The notes beneath the pieces are model-generated. The model had not been told where the DNA came from, did no database searches, and saw nothing but the letters and a program-made list of their open reading frames with translations. Of a DNA stretch of 64,000 nt, positions 41,232-51,641 are shown piece after piece. Source of the DNA: an uncultured Gammaproteobacteria bacterium (GTDB lineage Bacteria; Pseudomonadota; Gammaproteobacteria; GCA-002705445; GCA-002716945); NCBI GenBank assembly GCA_902521725.1, contig CABYTF010000003.1, positions 81,709-145,708 on the forward strand, given 5' to 3'. The position numbers and the translations under genes are program-made. Position 1 is the stretch's first letter, and each line of letters begins with the position of its first letter.

Positions 41232-42096
41232 TATTTCTTTTTAAGAAGAAATAAGCGCCTGGCAAAGAGCACAACAAATTACATAGACCATAAACTATAG
41301 CTACGGTGACACTGGCTGATACTGATAAACCAAGGAGAAATGATATGACTAGCGCAGTCGTTTCTCTTATTCCCCAGCCTCCTATACTTACTGGGAGTGC
41401 CATAGAAAATAAGATAATTGGTGCAAAAACGAAGAAACTTATTAAATCAATGTTCAAATTTAATGAGTACGCACAGATTATATATGTTGTTATGTAAGTC
41501 AAAACAATAATTAAAGATAATAAAAAATGCTTGTAAAGGCGTTTACCGCTAAATATATATTTGAAGTTTATAAAATACTGATTTTTCTTTTGATAAAAAA
41601 ATAAGAGCTTTGTCAGAATAACAAATATAATGATTACAGCTAGTACATAAGTGGAGGCCATATATTTTTCATTTACTATAAAAAATATCTGAAGTGAAAA
41701 TATGAATGTTACTACAAGAGCAAGTTGTCCAGATAATCTTTCAAAAATTACCGACTGCAAAGATTTTATGAAATTGCTACTGTTTTTATTATTAACTTTG
41801 ATATTTAGTGTTCTATATAGATCTCCTAGGATTCCTGTTGGTAAGATGTTATTCATAAATCCTGCAATATAATAATACCTTATTGCGTCACTATAATTTA
41901 TCGAAGACTGTGTTTTGGATGCAATAAAACACCATCTCCATGCGGATAGTAAATATTGAAATATACTCACTGCTAATACCAGCGGCAAAAAGATCAGATC
42001 AACACTTCCTAAAATGTATACTATTTCACTTCCATATGTCTGTAATATATAAAACATAAGAGTTAGTGAAAGTATGTATTTAATATATTTCTTCAC
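41224..42096 (-). CDS. UPF0104 'flippase-like'/lysylphosphatidylglycerol-synthase-TM-region family membrane protein
   Basis: LPVSIGGWGIRE and GILGDLYR motifs typical of the family. About 8 TM helices. Confidence 0.55.
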   Translation of the reverse strand: MKKYIKYILSLTLMFYILQTYGSEIVYILGSVDLIFLPLVLAVSIFQYLLSAWRWCFIASKTQSSINYSDAIRYYYIAGFMNNILPTGILGDLYRTLNIKVNNKNSSNFIKSLQSVIFERLSGQLALVVTFIFSLQIFFIVNEKYMASTYVLAVIIIFVILTKLLFFYQKKNQYFINFKYIFSGKRLYKHFLLSLIIVLTYITTYIICAYSLNLNIDLISFFVFAPIILFSMALPVSIGGWGIRETTALVISFLLGLSVSASVTVAIVYGLCNLLCSLPGAYFFLKRNTI

Positions 42097-42965
42097 TTTT
42101 TATACAGCAATAAATCTTTATGTCCGACTTGAACCTTAATTGATTTGTTTGTAATACTGTCAATTTTGTCATTATGCCAGCGCCTTAGCATAGACCTATC
42201 TATACCATCCATGTGGAAAAGAGATTTTTTAATATCTGATACATATCTTTTCAAGAATGTAATATCATCCAAAGATTCATTCTGAATGATCCAAGGGGAA
42301 TCAGCAATTTTGATCTCATACCCTAATTCTCTTGCTTTTTTGGAAACATAATCAATGGATTTGTATCCTAAAGCCTTGCCGAATCCTTTGTCATATGACT
42401 GGTGTTTATTGAAATAGGACATAATATATTTATCATATGGATGACTCAGCTTCCACTTGACTTTACCGTCAAAGCATAATGATAAAAATAATATATTGTA
42501 ATGATTTATTTTGTTCAGACAAATATCAATAGATGATTTGGACATTAGGTCTATGGCCGCAGAATAACTTATGATATGTGGTTGTGTGTCTTTTATTTCA
42601 TACGTATCACAATTTTCTTTAACTATAGACACATCAAATTTTTTCTGAGATTTATCACTTATAGTAAGATCTAGATTATTTGTGTTTGATTTAATTACAT
42701 AAATATTTTTAAAATTTTGTCTAAGATTGCTTTTTATAGATTTAAGTAAATTGATGTCATTATCGACAAGTATAGCTCTATTAGGAAATAGTCCCTGTTT
42801 AAGTGCCCATATTAAAAAACTCCCGGAGCCTGTACACATATCGATCATGTGATAGTTTTGTTTTAGATTATTTTTCTCAATGAATTCATTTAGAATTCCA
42901 CTTCTTGCTATGGTGTCATAGTGAATTCTCATGTTTATCCAAGATTTACTAAACTTACTATCCAT
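42093..42965 (-). CDS. class I SAM-dependent methyltransferase
   Basis: Motif I IDMCTGSGSF. Confidence 0.5.
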   Translation of the reverse strand: MDSKFSKSWINMRIHYDTIARSGILNEFIEKNNLKQNYHMIDMCTGSGSFLIWALKQGLFPNRAILVDNDINLLKSIKSNLRQNFKNIYVIKSNTNNLDLTISDKSQKKFDVSIVKENCDTYEIKDTQPHIISYSAAIDLMSKSSIDICLNKINHYNILFLSLCFDGKVKWKLSHPYDKYIMSYFNKHQSYDKGFGKALGYKSIDYVSKKARELGYEIKIADSPWIIQNESLDDITFLKRYVSDIKKSLFHMDGIDRSMLRRWHNDKIDSITNKSIKVQVGHKDLLLYKK

Positions 42966-43944
42966 CTAACACCCGCTTGAATTTCGAGCCTACATCATCC
43001 CAGCTCATAAGAGAGGAATTTTTGATTGGGGATATATCATGTGACAAATCATTAACTGCTTTTGCAATCTCCAGGTAGTTATTTTTATTAACATATTTTC
43101 TTTTAAAGCCTTTTAAATTTTCATGAAATACAGGCAAGTCCGAGACTACGAGAGGTAGTCCAAGTGCTCCAGCTTCGACGTTTGCTATACCATATCCCTC
43201 ATAATGACTCATACACATATAAATCCTAGAATTAATCAAAGTCTGAAATAGATCCGAATGTTTATTGATTACTCCAAGAAACTTAACTCTATTTGTAAGA
43301 CCTAGCTGCGTAATAATTTCGTTTATAGTTAAGAAGTAATTATCATCATTTTCATATTTTCCAACGATTAATAATTTCCATTTATCATCCAGATGAATTA
43401 GTGCTTGTATACATGATTCTATATTTTTTCTTGGGATGATGGATCCAACACAGATAAGATTATAATTTTTTGGCTCGTGCTGGTTATTTCTTAAATATAT
43501 GTCATCGATACCAGGTTGTATTACATCGATTGTTTTTCTGTTATTTAACATTTTCTGAATTACTTTCCTCATAGTTTTACTTACAGTAATCAGGCCATGT
43601 GCTTTCGAAAAAATCATTCGTTCTTTTAGTTTTAAAGAAATAACTCCAAATTTATTATTTTCATATGAGACCGGATGATGGATCAATAGAATTACACGGT
43701 ATTTTCTTACAATTGTGTTCATTAAACAATACATCTTCGATGCTAAAAGGCCATCAATAATTAGTGTAGATCTTTTGGGCAAACCGTTTATGGTGTTAAA
43801 GAAATTGAAAGTAAGTGCTGATGAATTTGTTGGATAAATATTGGTAATTTTAAATCCTATTTTCTTAAGATAATTTAAAATTTTTTTATCGTATTTATTT
43901 CCGCCAGTGATGCTTGAAAGATCTGGAGTGATAAAATAATTCAC
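42958..43944 (-). CDS. family 4 (GT-B) glycosyltransferase
   Basis: EGYGIANVEAGALGLPLVVSDLPVFHE GT1/GT4 C-terminal motif. Confidence 0.65.
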   Translation of the reverse strand: MNYFITPDLSSITGGNKYDKKILNYLKKIGFKITNIYPTNSSALTFNFFNTINGLPKRSTLIIDGLLASKMYCLMNTIVRKYRVILLIHHPVSYENNKFGVISLKLKERMIFSKAHGLITVSKTMRKVIQKMLNNRKTIDVIQPGIDDIYLRNNQHEPKNYNLICVGSIIPRKNIESCIQALIHLDDKWKLLIVGKYENDDNYFLTINEIITQLGLTNRVKFLGVINKHSDLFQTLINSRIYMCMSHYEGYGIANVEAGALGLPLVVSDLPVFHENLKGFKRKYVNKNNYLEIAKAVNDLSHDISPIKNSSLMSWDDVGSKFKRVLDG

Positions 43945-43945
43945 T

Positions 43946-44338
43946 TTATATTGTTTTTGTATATGAAGCTGAGGCTAAATGATTTTCTTTAAGTGATATT
44001 TTGATTGCAGAAAGTTTATTTACTTGGAAATTTCGTGTTTGTAGTTCATCATAGATCTCATCAGTAAATCGTTTAGCCATAAACTCTGTTGTGGTAATCT
44101 CGTCTTTAAGCTCATCTAAATTATCTAGATTTTTATAATTATATTTCTCTATTACAGTTTTCAGAATATCTGTTGCTAGGCCAATATCAATTATAATATT
44201 ATTGTTTATAAGTTTGTCGGAGAGTAACATCATATCAATAATATATGTTGTTCCATGAAGGTGTTTAGCTGGTCCAAAGAAATCATCTTTCAAACTATGA
44301 GCAATAAAACAGTAGTCCCTTATTTTTAATTCATACAT
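43946..44338 (-). CDS. 6-pyruvoyl-tetrahydropterin synthase-family (PTPS-like) protein, non-canonical active site
   Basis: FIAHSL...HLHGTTYII...DIG...YNYKNLD...TTEFMA follows the PTPS fold pattern. It lacks the CxxxHGH of QueD. Confidence 0.5.
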   Translation of the reverse strand: MYELKIRDYCFIAHSLKDDFFGPAKHLHGTTYIIDMMLLSDKLINNNIIIDIGLATDILKTVIEKYNYKNLDNLDELKDEITTTEFMAKRFTDEIYDELQTRNFQVNKLSAIKISLKENHLASASYTKTI

Positions 44339-45306
44339 TAGTACCTCACTACCTTACATAAACCTTTAAGGTATTCCTTTTTGAAAAACATAGGTAAGTC
44401 TTTTAACTTGATCTCATTTTTATCAATCAATATATCGAGAACATCATCATCCAACATTTTTAATGCGAGATTCCTTCTTTTTAGGTTATCAAATTTTCTA
44501 AGTTTATAAGATGGCATATTACCTACTTGCGAGAATATTATATTTAAACGTCTTGAAAAACAATTCTCTCCCATTCTAATTTTGGACTGTTGCTTCCCGT
44601 ACCAGCTTAACACACAAATTTTTGTATCAAGATCGGTGAAACGCTGAAGTTGGTCAAGCGCAGCAATATTTCCTGAGCATTCGTATATTATGTCGGGATT
44701 TTTGATGTTTTTGATATTATTGTCAAAATTTATATTCAATCTATTACATAACATTCTTTTTTTGTTGTCTTTATCAATCATGATAACTTCAATACCAAAA
44801 GTTTTTGATAGAACATAAGCCATTAATAGACCAACAATCCCAGCGCCGATTATGTAGACCTTATCACCAATAGATGGCATGCTATCCCACATAGCATTTA
44901 TAGCTGTCTCCATATTTGCCGTAAGTAGTGCTCTCTTAAGGGGAATTGTTTCTGGGATAACACTGACCAAAGAGGAATTGATAATATATTTTGTTTGATG
45001 CGGATACATCGTGTAAACCATTTTATTTATGAAATCCTTTGGACCATCAATTACCTTTCCGACATTCAAATAACCATATTTTACACGTGTATTGAATGAA
45101 CCTTCCTGATGTGGTGCTTTCATGTACTGGAACTGATTAGATGGAACCTGTGAGTTAAAAACAATTTTCTCTGTCCCGTAGCTAATTCCAGTATAAAAAG
45201 TTTTTACAAGTAATTCATCATGATCTAAATTCTTTTTTAAATATTCCGTTTCAATTGTTCCTTTTTTCTTCGAAACCCAAAATGATTGTGCGTTATACTG
45301 ATCCAT
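44338..45306 (-). CDS. MDR-superfamily (zinc-ADH-like) dehydrogenase without obvious Zn-Cys ligands
   Basis: Rossmann IIGAGIVGLLMAYV in the mid-protein region. 322 aa. Confidence 0.45.
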   Translation of the reverse strand: MDQYNAQSFWVSKKKGTIETEYLKKNLDHDELLVKTFYTGISYGTEKIVFNSQVPSNQFQYMKAPHQEGSFNTRVKYGYLNVGKVIDGPKDFINKMVYTMYPHQTKYIINSSLVSVIPETIPLKRALLTANMETAINAMWDSMPSIGDKVYIIGAGIVGLLMAYVLSKTFGIEVIMIDKDNKKRMLCNRLNINFDNNIKNIKNPDIIYECSGNIAALDQLQRFTDLDTKICVLSWYGKQQSKIRMGENCFSRRLNIIFSQVGNMPSYKLRKFDNLKRRNLALKMLDDDVLDILIDKNEIKLKDLPMFFKKEYLKGLCKVVRY

Positions 45307-45308
45307 GA

Positions 45309-46019
45309 ATGAATTATATCAAAAATATGTTATCTAGATATGCAGGTTTTCAGTTATTTTTTCTCAACGTATCATACTTAATGTTACTGGTTCTACTCTT
45401 GACGCCAGGAGAAATAACACAAAGCATACTGACCTCCTCTTTGTATGTGCTAATGTTTATTTCTGCAATCTCAATTTACACTCTAAGGGAAAGTCGGATA
45501 GATTTTAATATTCCAAATTTGATCACAAACTTTAGACTAGTTTTAAACATTTTCATTTTCGTCTGTATCTATAATACTGAAAGTTATAATATCGAAACAA
45601 TTCTACTTCTCGTTATAATAAGCTTGATATTAGATGGAGCCGATGGCTACTTATCTAGATACCTAAATCAAATGACCTTATTTGGGAAGACATTTGATCA
45701 AGAGGTTGATAATTTCTTAATATTTATTCTCTCATTCTCATTGATATACAACTATGATTTCAACATAGCATTAGTTTGTATCCCTCTATATAGATATATT
45801 TTTCTGATTTTGATTAATCAGGAATTCATTAGTAATCATGAGCTTCCTGAATCCTTATTCAGAAAAACAGTCTGCGTTATAACAATATTGTCTCTAGCTG
45901 CATGTAACTATTACAATATGGTTGAATCAATGAGAAGTTTAATATATATAATTATAGTATTAGTTTCATATTCATTTTTGAAAGACACTATTTACTTATA
46001 TAGGAGAAAGAATGCTTAA
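45309..46019 (+). CDS. CDP-alcohol phosphatidyltransferase family protein
   Basis: LDGADGYLSRYLNQMTLFGKTFDQEVD fits D-G-x2-A/S-R-x8-G-x3-D-x3-D. Polytopic. Confidence 0.65.
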   Translation: MNYIKNMLSRYAGFQLFFLNVSYLMLLVLLLTPGEITQSILTSSLYVLMFISAISIYTLRESRIDFNIPNLITNFRLVLNIFIFVCIYNTESYNIETILLLVIISLILDGADGYLSRYLNQMTLFGKTFDQEVDNFLIFILSFSLIYNYDFNIALVCIPLYRYIFLILINQEFISNHELPESLFRKTVCVITILSLAACNYYNMVESMRSLIYIIIVLVSYSFLKDTIYLYRRKNA

Positions 46020-46587
46020 AAAATTTATAATACTTTTATTGTTCCCTGTAATAACTTTTGCGTCTACAGACAAATACATAATCGATAAGTCTCACTTTGC
46101 AATTGGTTTCTTAGTTGAACATGTCGGCTATGCAAAAACATTGGGAATGTTCCGTGAAATTGATGGAAATTACTCTCACGATACTGAAAATAACACAATT
46201 AACGACATTAACATTATTATTAAAACAGATAGTGTCTTCACAAACCATGATAAGAGAGATGAACATTTAATGAGTCCCGATTTTCTTAATGTCAGTAAGT
46301 ACCCAGAAATGACCTTCAGAGCAAGTAACATAAAAATTGACAATGAGGAAACTATCATAGATGGTCAACTGACACTCCTGGGCATCACGAAGCCATTAAC
46401 ACTCTATGGAAGGATAAATAAAATAGCGAAATATCCATTTGGCGGAATAATTAAACCTTATGTAATGGGCATATCAGCAAAAGGTGTTATCAAGAGATCT
46501 GATCATGGGATGATGTACGCCGTTAAAGACAATCTAGTTGGTGACGAAATAGAACTTATTATTGAATTCGAAGCCATAAGACAATAA
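46012..46587 (+). CDS. yceI: YceI-family periplasmic protein
   Basis: Signal peptide plus YceI-like core. yceA/trhO follows two genes later, as in E. coli. Confidence 0.65.
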   Translation: MLKKFIILLLFPVITFASTDKYIIDKSHFAIGFLVEHVGYAKTLGMFREIDGNYSHDTENNTINDINIIIKTDSVFTNHDKRDEHLMSPDFLNVSKYPEMTFRASNIKIDNEETIIDGQLTLLGITKPLTLYGRINKIAKYPFGGIIKPYVMGISAKGVIKRSDHGMMYAVKDNLVGDEIELIIEFEAIRQ

Positions 46588-47249
46588 TGTCAGCCGATTC
46601 TCCAATAATAAAAAAAGAGCTGCGTGAATATGTTGATATCCTTGGTTATAGTGAATCTGAATTATTAAAAAAAAATAGAGAAGAGACAAAGAAGCTGGGT
46701 CCAATATCCATAATGCAAGTCGGCGCTGCACAAGGCGCTTTTTTGTCAATATTGTGCAAATGCGGTAAATTTAAGAATTGCCTTGAAGTGGGTGTATTTA
46801 CGGGTTACAGCTCATTGTGTATAAGTTCAGCAATAGAGAATGATTCAAGGCTAACAGTTATTGATAATAATAATGAATATTTAGATATTGCAAAAAAGTA
46901 TTGGAAATTAGCAAACGTTGTAGAAAAAATAAATGTGATCAAGAAAGATGCTTTAGAGGCCTTGTCAGAATTAAAAAGTAATTCTGATAAACAATTTGAT
47001 TTTGCTTTCATAGATGCAGATAAAGCAAACTATGTTGAATATTATGATTTGATATTGCCATTAATGAGTCGAGGAGGGATATTGTGTATAGACAATACAC
47101 TTTGGAAAGGAAGAGTATATGATCTTGACAATCAAACTGATAGTACAAAAGCAATCAGATCACTTAACCAAAAAATAAAAAACGATAAAAGGGTTGAACA
47201 CTCTATTCTTACAATTTATGATGGCATGACAATTTGTTACATTAAATAA
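46587..47249 (+). CDS. class I SAM-dependent O-methyltransferase (caffeoyl-CoA OMT-like)
   Basis: LEVGVFTGYSSL...FDFAFIDADKANY...GGILCIDNTLW motifs. Confidence 0.7.
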   Translation: MSADSPIIKKELREYVDILGYSESELLKKNREETKKLGPISIMQVGAAQGAFLSILCKCGKFKNCLEVGVFTGYSSLCISSAIENDSRLTVIDNNNEYLDIAKKYWKLANVVEKINVIKKDALEALSELKSNSDKQFDFAFIDADKANYVEYYDLILPLMSRGGILCIDNTLWKGRVYDLDNQTDSTKAIRSLNQKIKNDKRVEHSILTIYDGMTICYIK

Positions 47250-47941
47250 TGTTCGTATACAATTTCTATAAATTCATAAATATTCCTGATTTATCTATAA
47301 AAAAAGATATTTTGTTAAAAAGGCTAAATCATTTAAATATAAAAGGGACGATTCTCTTGGCAGCTGAGGGTATCAATGTAAACATAAGTCAAAAAAAACA
47401 ACTTCTTGATAAGGCATTAAAGGTTATTAATGAGCAAATATCTTTGGAAGATATACATATAAATAAAACAAAGAGTGATGATATCGCTTTTCAAAAACTC
47501 AAAGTGAAAGTGAAGAATGAAATTATTAGATTTAATTCTCTATTAAAGTATAGTGATAAAAAATATTTAAAATGCATCACTCCTCAACATTGGGATGAAA
47601 TAATTAAAAATGATGCTCAAATCATCGATATGAGAAATAATTTCGAATACAACTTAGGGACATTCAAAGGTGCCATAAATCTTTGTCTGATAAACTTTAC
47701 AGACCTTAAGGATAAGACTAATGAGCTAGACAAGTTAGATAGAAAAAAGAAAACTGCAATCTTTTGTACTGGTGGGATTAGATGTGAAAAGGCTGGAAAA
47801 TACCTCAGTGATATTGGTTTTGAGGATATATATCAACTTCAAGGCGGAATAATTAACTATTTAAATAGCACAAAGAATAAATATTGGAAAGGTGAATGCT
47901 TTGTATTTGATGACAGAATACTACTAAAAGGTAACTCGTAA
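47249..47941 (+). CDS. trhO: rhodanese-domain tRNA U34 hydroxylase (UPF0176/YceA)
   Basis: FCTGGIRCEKA rhodanese active-site loop. Located next to yceI. Confidence 0.7.
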   Translation: MFVYNFYKFINIPDLSIKKDILLKRLNHLNIKGTILLAAEGINVNISQKKQLLDKALKVINEQISLEDIHINKTKSDDIAFQKLKVKVKNEIIRFNSLLKYSDKKYLKCITPQHWDEIIKNDAQIIDMRNNFEYNLGTFKGAINLCLINFTDLKDKTNELDKLDRKKKTAIFCTGGIRCEKAGKYLSDIGFEDIYQLQGGIINYLNSTKNKYWKGECFVFDDRILLKGNS

Positions 47942-48892
47942 TATTTCTTTTTTGACACTATTGTAATTACTGATATTCATTCTAAATACTTCTATAAGAT
48001 TTACATCACTTGAAAATCGGTCACTTTTTGAATGTTTGATTATGAATTCAAAGTCATTGGGGACATTTGTGTTCTCTTTCACCATGAAATCATTGGATGT
48101 GAACTTTACATTAAAGTTGGCACTGTTTATTTTAACTCTTTTAATGGCGAAAGGCTGATTAATATTTTTCTCTTTCAATATCATAAAGAAGTAGCCCTCG
48201 TATTTATCCCTCGAAGTAACTGATAAGTCTAGTATGGTTTGAGATAGACCTGAACTATCTTTTAGGTTTGTTAGTAATTTCTTATATTCATTTTTATTAG
48301 CTATATTTGGATGTTGGATTATTTCATTCAATGTATTTTGTGCAAGAAGATTATCATTCACATTGAAAGAAAAACTTAGAAGATCTAGTAAAGCTTGAGG
48401 TTCATTGGTTTTGTCAATGTAAATAACAAAATATTTTTCTATCAAATCTTTATTGATAATCTCGCCATCGCTCCTTAGTACTAATATGTACTCACGAAGT
48501 GCGTCCATATTATCAGGTCTTAAATTAATAGCTATCTGATATGCTTTTGATGCTTTTTGATAATTTTTCAGAATCGAATACGATTTTCCAAGCATCAACC
48601 ACCCATTGAAGTCGTCTGAAGAATTAAGAAGCCGTGATTCTAGTTTGGGTATATTTTCTCTGATAGTTTTAATATTATTACGCACTGACATATTCTTAGA
48701 GTGAATTTTTTTGTAATCAGCTGTATTAGATAGGTCATAACTTAATGAAAAAATATAGACGGTGATTACCGATAAAAATAGGACAATAAATAAATACAAC
48801 TTCATGCTCGTAAATTGTCCATCAACATTTCTACTCTTGAAGAGAATAAATAAATATATGAGGATGATCACAGAGAGGAAAATATAAATCAT
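47924..48892 (-). CDS. ccmI: cytochrome c-type biogenesis protein CcmI-like (TM + TPR)
   Basis: N-terminal TM helices then TPR-like repeats (GWLMLGKSYSILKNYQKASKAYQIAI). Last gene of the ccm cluster. Confidence 0.5.
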   Translation of the reverse strand: MIYIFLSVIILIYLFILFKSRNVDGQFTSMKLYLFIVLFLSVITVYIFSLSYDLSNTADYKKIHSKNMSVRNNIKTIRENIPKLESRLLNSSDDFNGWLMLGKSYSILKNYQKASKAYQIAINLRPDNMDALREYILVLRSDGEIINKDLIEKYFVIYIDKTNEPQALLDLLSFSFNVNDNLLAQNTLNEIIQHPNIANKNEYKKLLTNLKDSSGLSQTILDLSVTSRDKYEGYFFMILKEKNINQPFAIKRVKINSANFNVKFTSNDFMVKENTNVPNDFEFIIKHSKSDRFSSDVNLIEVFRMNISNYNSVKKEILRVTF

Positions 48893-49251
48893 TTTATATA
48901 TCGCCTAAGCAAGAAATATCCTAGGAACATTATGAATATAAATGGGCCAAGCCAAAGGAGGATATTTTGCATATTAACAGGTGGGTCGTAAAGGATGTAT
49001 GAGCTATATCTTTCAGACAAAAAACTTTTTATTTCTTTTTCAGTCTTACCAGCTTCAAGCATATCTCGAATTTTTTCTTTCATATCTACTGCTAAGGGCG
49101 CTTCCGACTCTGCAAGATTTTGATTTTGACAAACCATGCATCTAAGCTCCTCAATGAGCTTTGTGTATTGTCTTTCAATATCAACTGACGCAAATGATGT
49201 GTTGCTTATCAATAAGAAAATCATTAAGTGGTAAATTCTCATCTTATTCAC
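48889..49251 (-). CDS. ccmH: cytochrome c-type biogenesis protein CcmH
   Basis: LRCMVCQNQNLAESEAPLA is the LRCxxC motif. Confidence 0.85.
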   Translation of the reverse strand: MNKMRIYHLMIFLLISNTSFASVDIERQYTKLIEELRCMVCQNQNLAESEAPLAVDMKEKIRDMLEAGKTEKEIKSFLSERYSSYILYDPPVNMQNILLWLGPFIFIMFLGYFLLRRYIK

Positions 49252-49798
49252 TCAGAATAGGTAGCATTTCCTCTTGGATAATTTGATTATTGATGGGTCC
49301 AATATGTTTGTATTGAATTACTTGATTTTTATCCAAAATATATGTCTCAGGCACTCCATATACACCAAGATCAAGTGATAAATCACCTATGCTGTCTTTG
49401 ATAATTATCCTATAGGGATTTCCCCTCATGCTCAACCATCCCATAGCTTCACTTGTCTCATCCTTATAATTAATCCCAATCATATCAATATCTTTATTTT
49501 TTGAAAGCTGAATCAAATATGAGTGCTCTCTCTCACATTCAAGACACCAACTAGCCCATACATTTACAATAGTTTTTTTTTCTAGGAAGTTACTATTTGT
49601 AAGTGTGTCCTTGGTATATAGATCTGTTAGTTTAAATTCCGGAAAAGTTTTGCCAATCAAAGGGGATTCAATCTTTTTAGGATCATAGTGCAGCCCTTTA
49701 TACAGGAATATAGTTACGGATATAAAAATTAGGGCATAGAAGATAGTGATTTTATTCATATATTTTCGATTGCTTAAATCTAATACTAAATATAGCAC
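49244..49798 (-). CDS. ccmG: thiol:disulfide interchange protein DsbE/CcmG
   Basis: WASWCLEC CxxC thioredoxin motif. Single N-terminal TM. Confidence 0.8.
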   Translation of the reverse strand: MLYLVLDLSNRKYMNKITIFYALIFISVTIFLYKGLHYDPKKIESPLIGKTFPEFKLTDLYTKDTLTNSNFLEKKTIVNVWASWCLECEREHSYLIQLSKNKDIDMIGINYKDETSEAMGWLSMRGNPYRIIIKDSIGDLSLDLGVYGVPETYILDKNQVIQYKHIGPINNQIIQEEMLPILSE

Positions 49799-51641
49799 CT
49801 AATATCATGAATATCGTCCCAATCCATATAAGTCTAATCAATGGTTTATCGTAAATTCTCATAGACCATTTATTATCAGATACCATATTTCCAAGTGAAA
49901 CATAAAGATCCCTATCGAGCCTTCCATTTATACCTGCTTCGGTCATCGGAGAATCACTTGAGTGATATAGCCTTTTTTCTGGATTAATTTCTGTAATGAA
50001 TCTGTCATCTTTACTGACAATAATAGAAGCAATTACCGCATCATAATTAGCAGACTTAAACTCTTTGAGATTTTCAAATCTATAATCAAAGACACCTACT
50101 TTTTTTGACTCTCCAATTTCAAGAGTAAACTCTTTCTCTATTTTATTACTCTCTGAGACGCTTGCTCCAATTATAAATATCGCCAGACCAAAATGTGCAA
50201 AGTACATGCCTACTCTTCTTCTAATTTTCACAGAATTATCTGACGATCTATAGAAATCAAAAAGTATATTCGCAATGATCCAAACAGTAGAAAATATACC
50301 AACGAAAAAAAGTACAGATTGTACGGAAAAGATAAATGACAAAAATATACTAATAACAAATATTATAAATAACTGAACTAGTTGTGAATCAATTGAGGTC
50401 CTTGACAGAAGAATAGGAACATAGCCAACCAATAATATCAATGGAATCATTAAAGGCACAAACACAGCATTATAGTAAGGAACCCCCACAGAAATTTTTT
50501 CAAGTCCCAATATATCTAAAAATAACGGATACATTGTTCCAAGAAGGATAGTAAATGTAGCTGTTACAAGAAGAATATTGTTAAGTAAAAAGAAACCTTC
50601 CCTAGAAATAAGTCTTACGTCACTGTCGTCTATGAATTTTTTTGAGTTTAGTGCATAAGATAAAAGTCCTCCACCTATCAATGCAACCAGCATAAATAAT
50701 ATAAATACTCCCCTGGAAGGGTCATTTGCAAAAGAATGAACAGAGATCAAAATACCAGATCTAACTAAAAAAGTGCCAAGCAAACTTAAAGAAAAAGTAA
50801 AAATCGATAATAATATTGTCCAACTTTTAAAAATTCCTCTTTCACTTGTAGCAATCACCGAATGAAGAAGCGCTGTAGCCATAAGCCATGGCATAAAGGA
50901 TGCGTTTTCGACGGGATCCCAGAACCACCATCCTCCCCAGCCTAATTCATAGTATGCCCACCAACTTCCAAGCGCTATCCCTAAAGTTAGAAATGCCCAC
51001 GAGGCTAATACCCAAGGTCTGATCCATTGAGCCCATTCTTTTTTGAAATCATCCTCGAAACAACACGCAACGGCAAAAGAGAAAACAACTGATAGACCAA
51101 CATATCCCATATACAACATTGGAGGGTGAACTATTAAGCCAAAATCTTGTAAAAGTGGATTGAGGTCATTTCCATCAAGAGGGATAGTCATATTTCTATC
51201 AAAAGGATTGGAGGTTGCGACCACAAAAAGAAGAAAGCCAAGATTAAGGATGCCCATTATCGCTAAAAAATTGACTCTCAGGCGCTTGTGTAGATTAGTA
51301 CTGTACATACTTGCAAGAAACATCCAAAAACTTGAGACCACGCACCATAAAAGCATTGATCCCTCATGTCCTGCCCATGCTGCTGATATTTTATATATGA
51401 GCGGAAGGCTTGAATTTGAATTTTTAGATACATAATCTAGAGAGTAGTCTTCACCTACAAAAGTTGTTATCAAGCATAAAAAGGAGATAAGTATAATTGG
51501 AAAGTGTAATTTAGATGCAGAGAATAATATTTCCTGTGAAATATTTGAATTTGTTAATACTTTGGGCGAAAGCAGTATAATACAATTCATAAGGCCTAAT
51601 AGTAGAAGGAAGTGCCCGACATATCCAATCTCGATAATCAT
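49752..51641 (-). CDS. ccmF: cytochrome c-type biogenesis heme lyase CcmF
   Basis: GWGGWWFWDPVEN WWD domain. 629 aa polytopic. Confidence 0.9.
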   Translation of the reverse strand: MIIEIGYVGHFLLLLGLMNCIILLSPKVLTNSNISQEILFSASKLHFPIILISFLCLITTFVGEDYSLDYVSKNSNSSLPLIYKISAAWAGHEGSMLLWCVVSSFWMFLASMYSTNLHKRLRVNFLAIMGILNLGFLLFVVATSNPFDRNMTIPLDGNDLNPLLQDFGLIVHPPMLYMGYVGLSVVFSFAVACCFEDDFKKEWAQWIRPWVLASWAFLTLGIALGSWWAYYELGWGGWWFWDPVENASFMPWLMATALLHSVIATSERGIFKSWTILLSIFTFSLSLLGTFLVRSGILISVHSFANDPSRGVFILFMLVALIGGGLLSYALNSKKFIDDSDVRLISREGFFLLNNILLVTATFTILLGTMYPLFLDILGLEKISVGVPYYNAVFVPLMIPLILLVGYVPILLSRTSIDSQLVQLFIIFVISIFLSFIFSVQSVLFFVGIFSTVWIIANILFDFYRSSDNSVKIRRRVGMYFAHFGLAIFIIGASVSESNKIEKEFTLEIGESKKVGVFDYRFENLKEFKSANYDAVIASIIVSKDDRFITEINPEKRLYHSSDSPMTEAGINGRLDRDLYVSLGNMVSDNKWSMRIYDKPLIRLIWIGTIFMILGAIFSIRFKQSKIYE

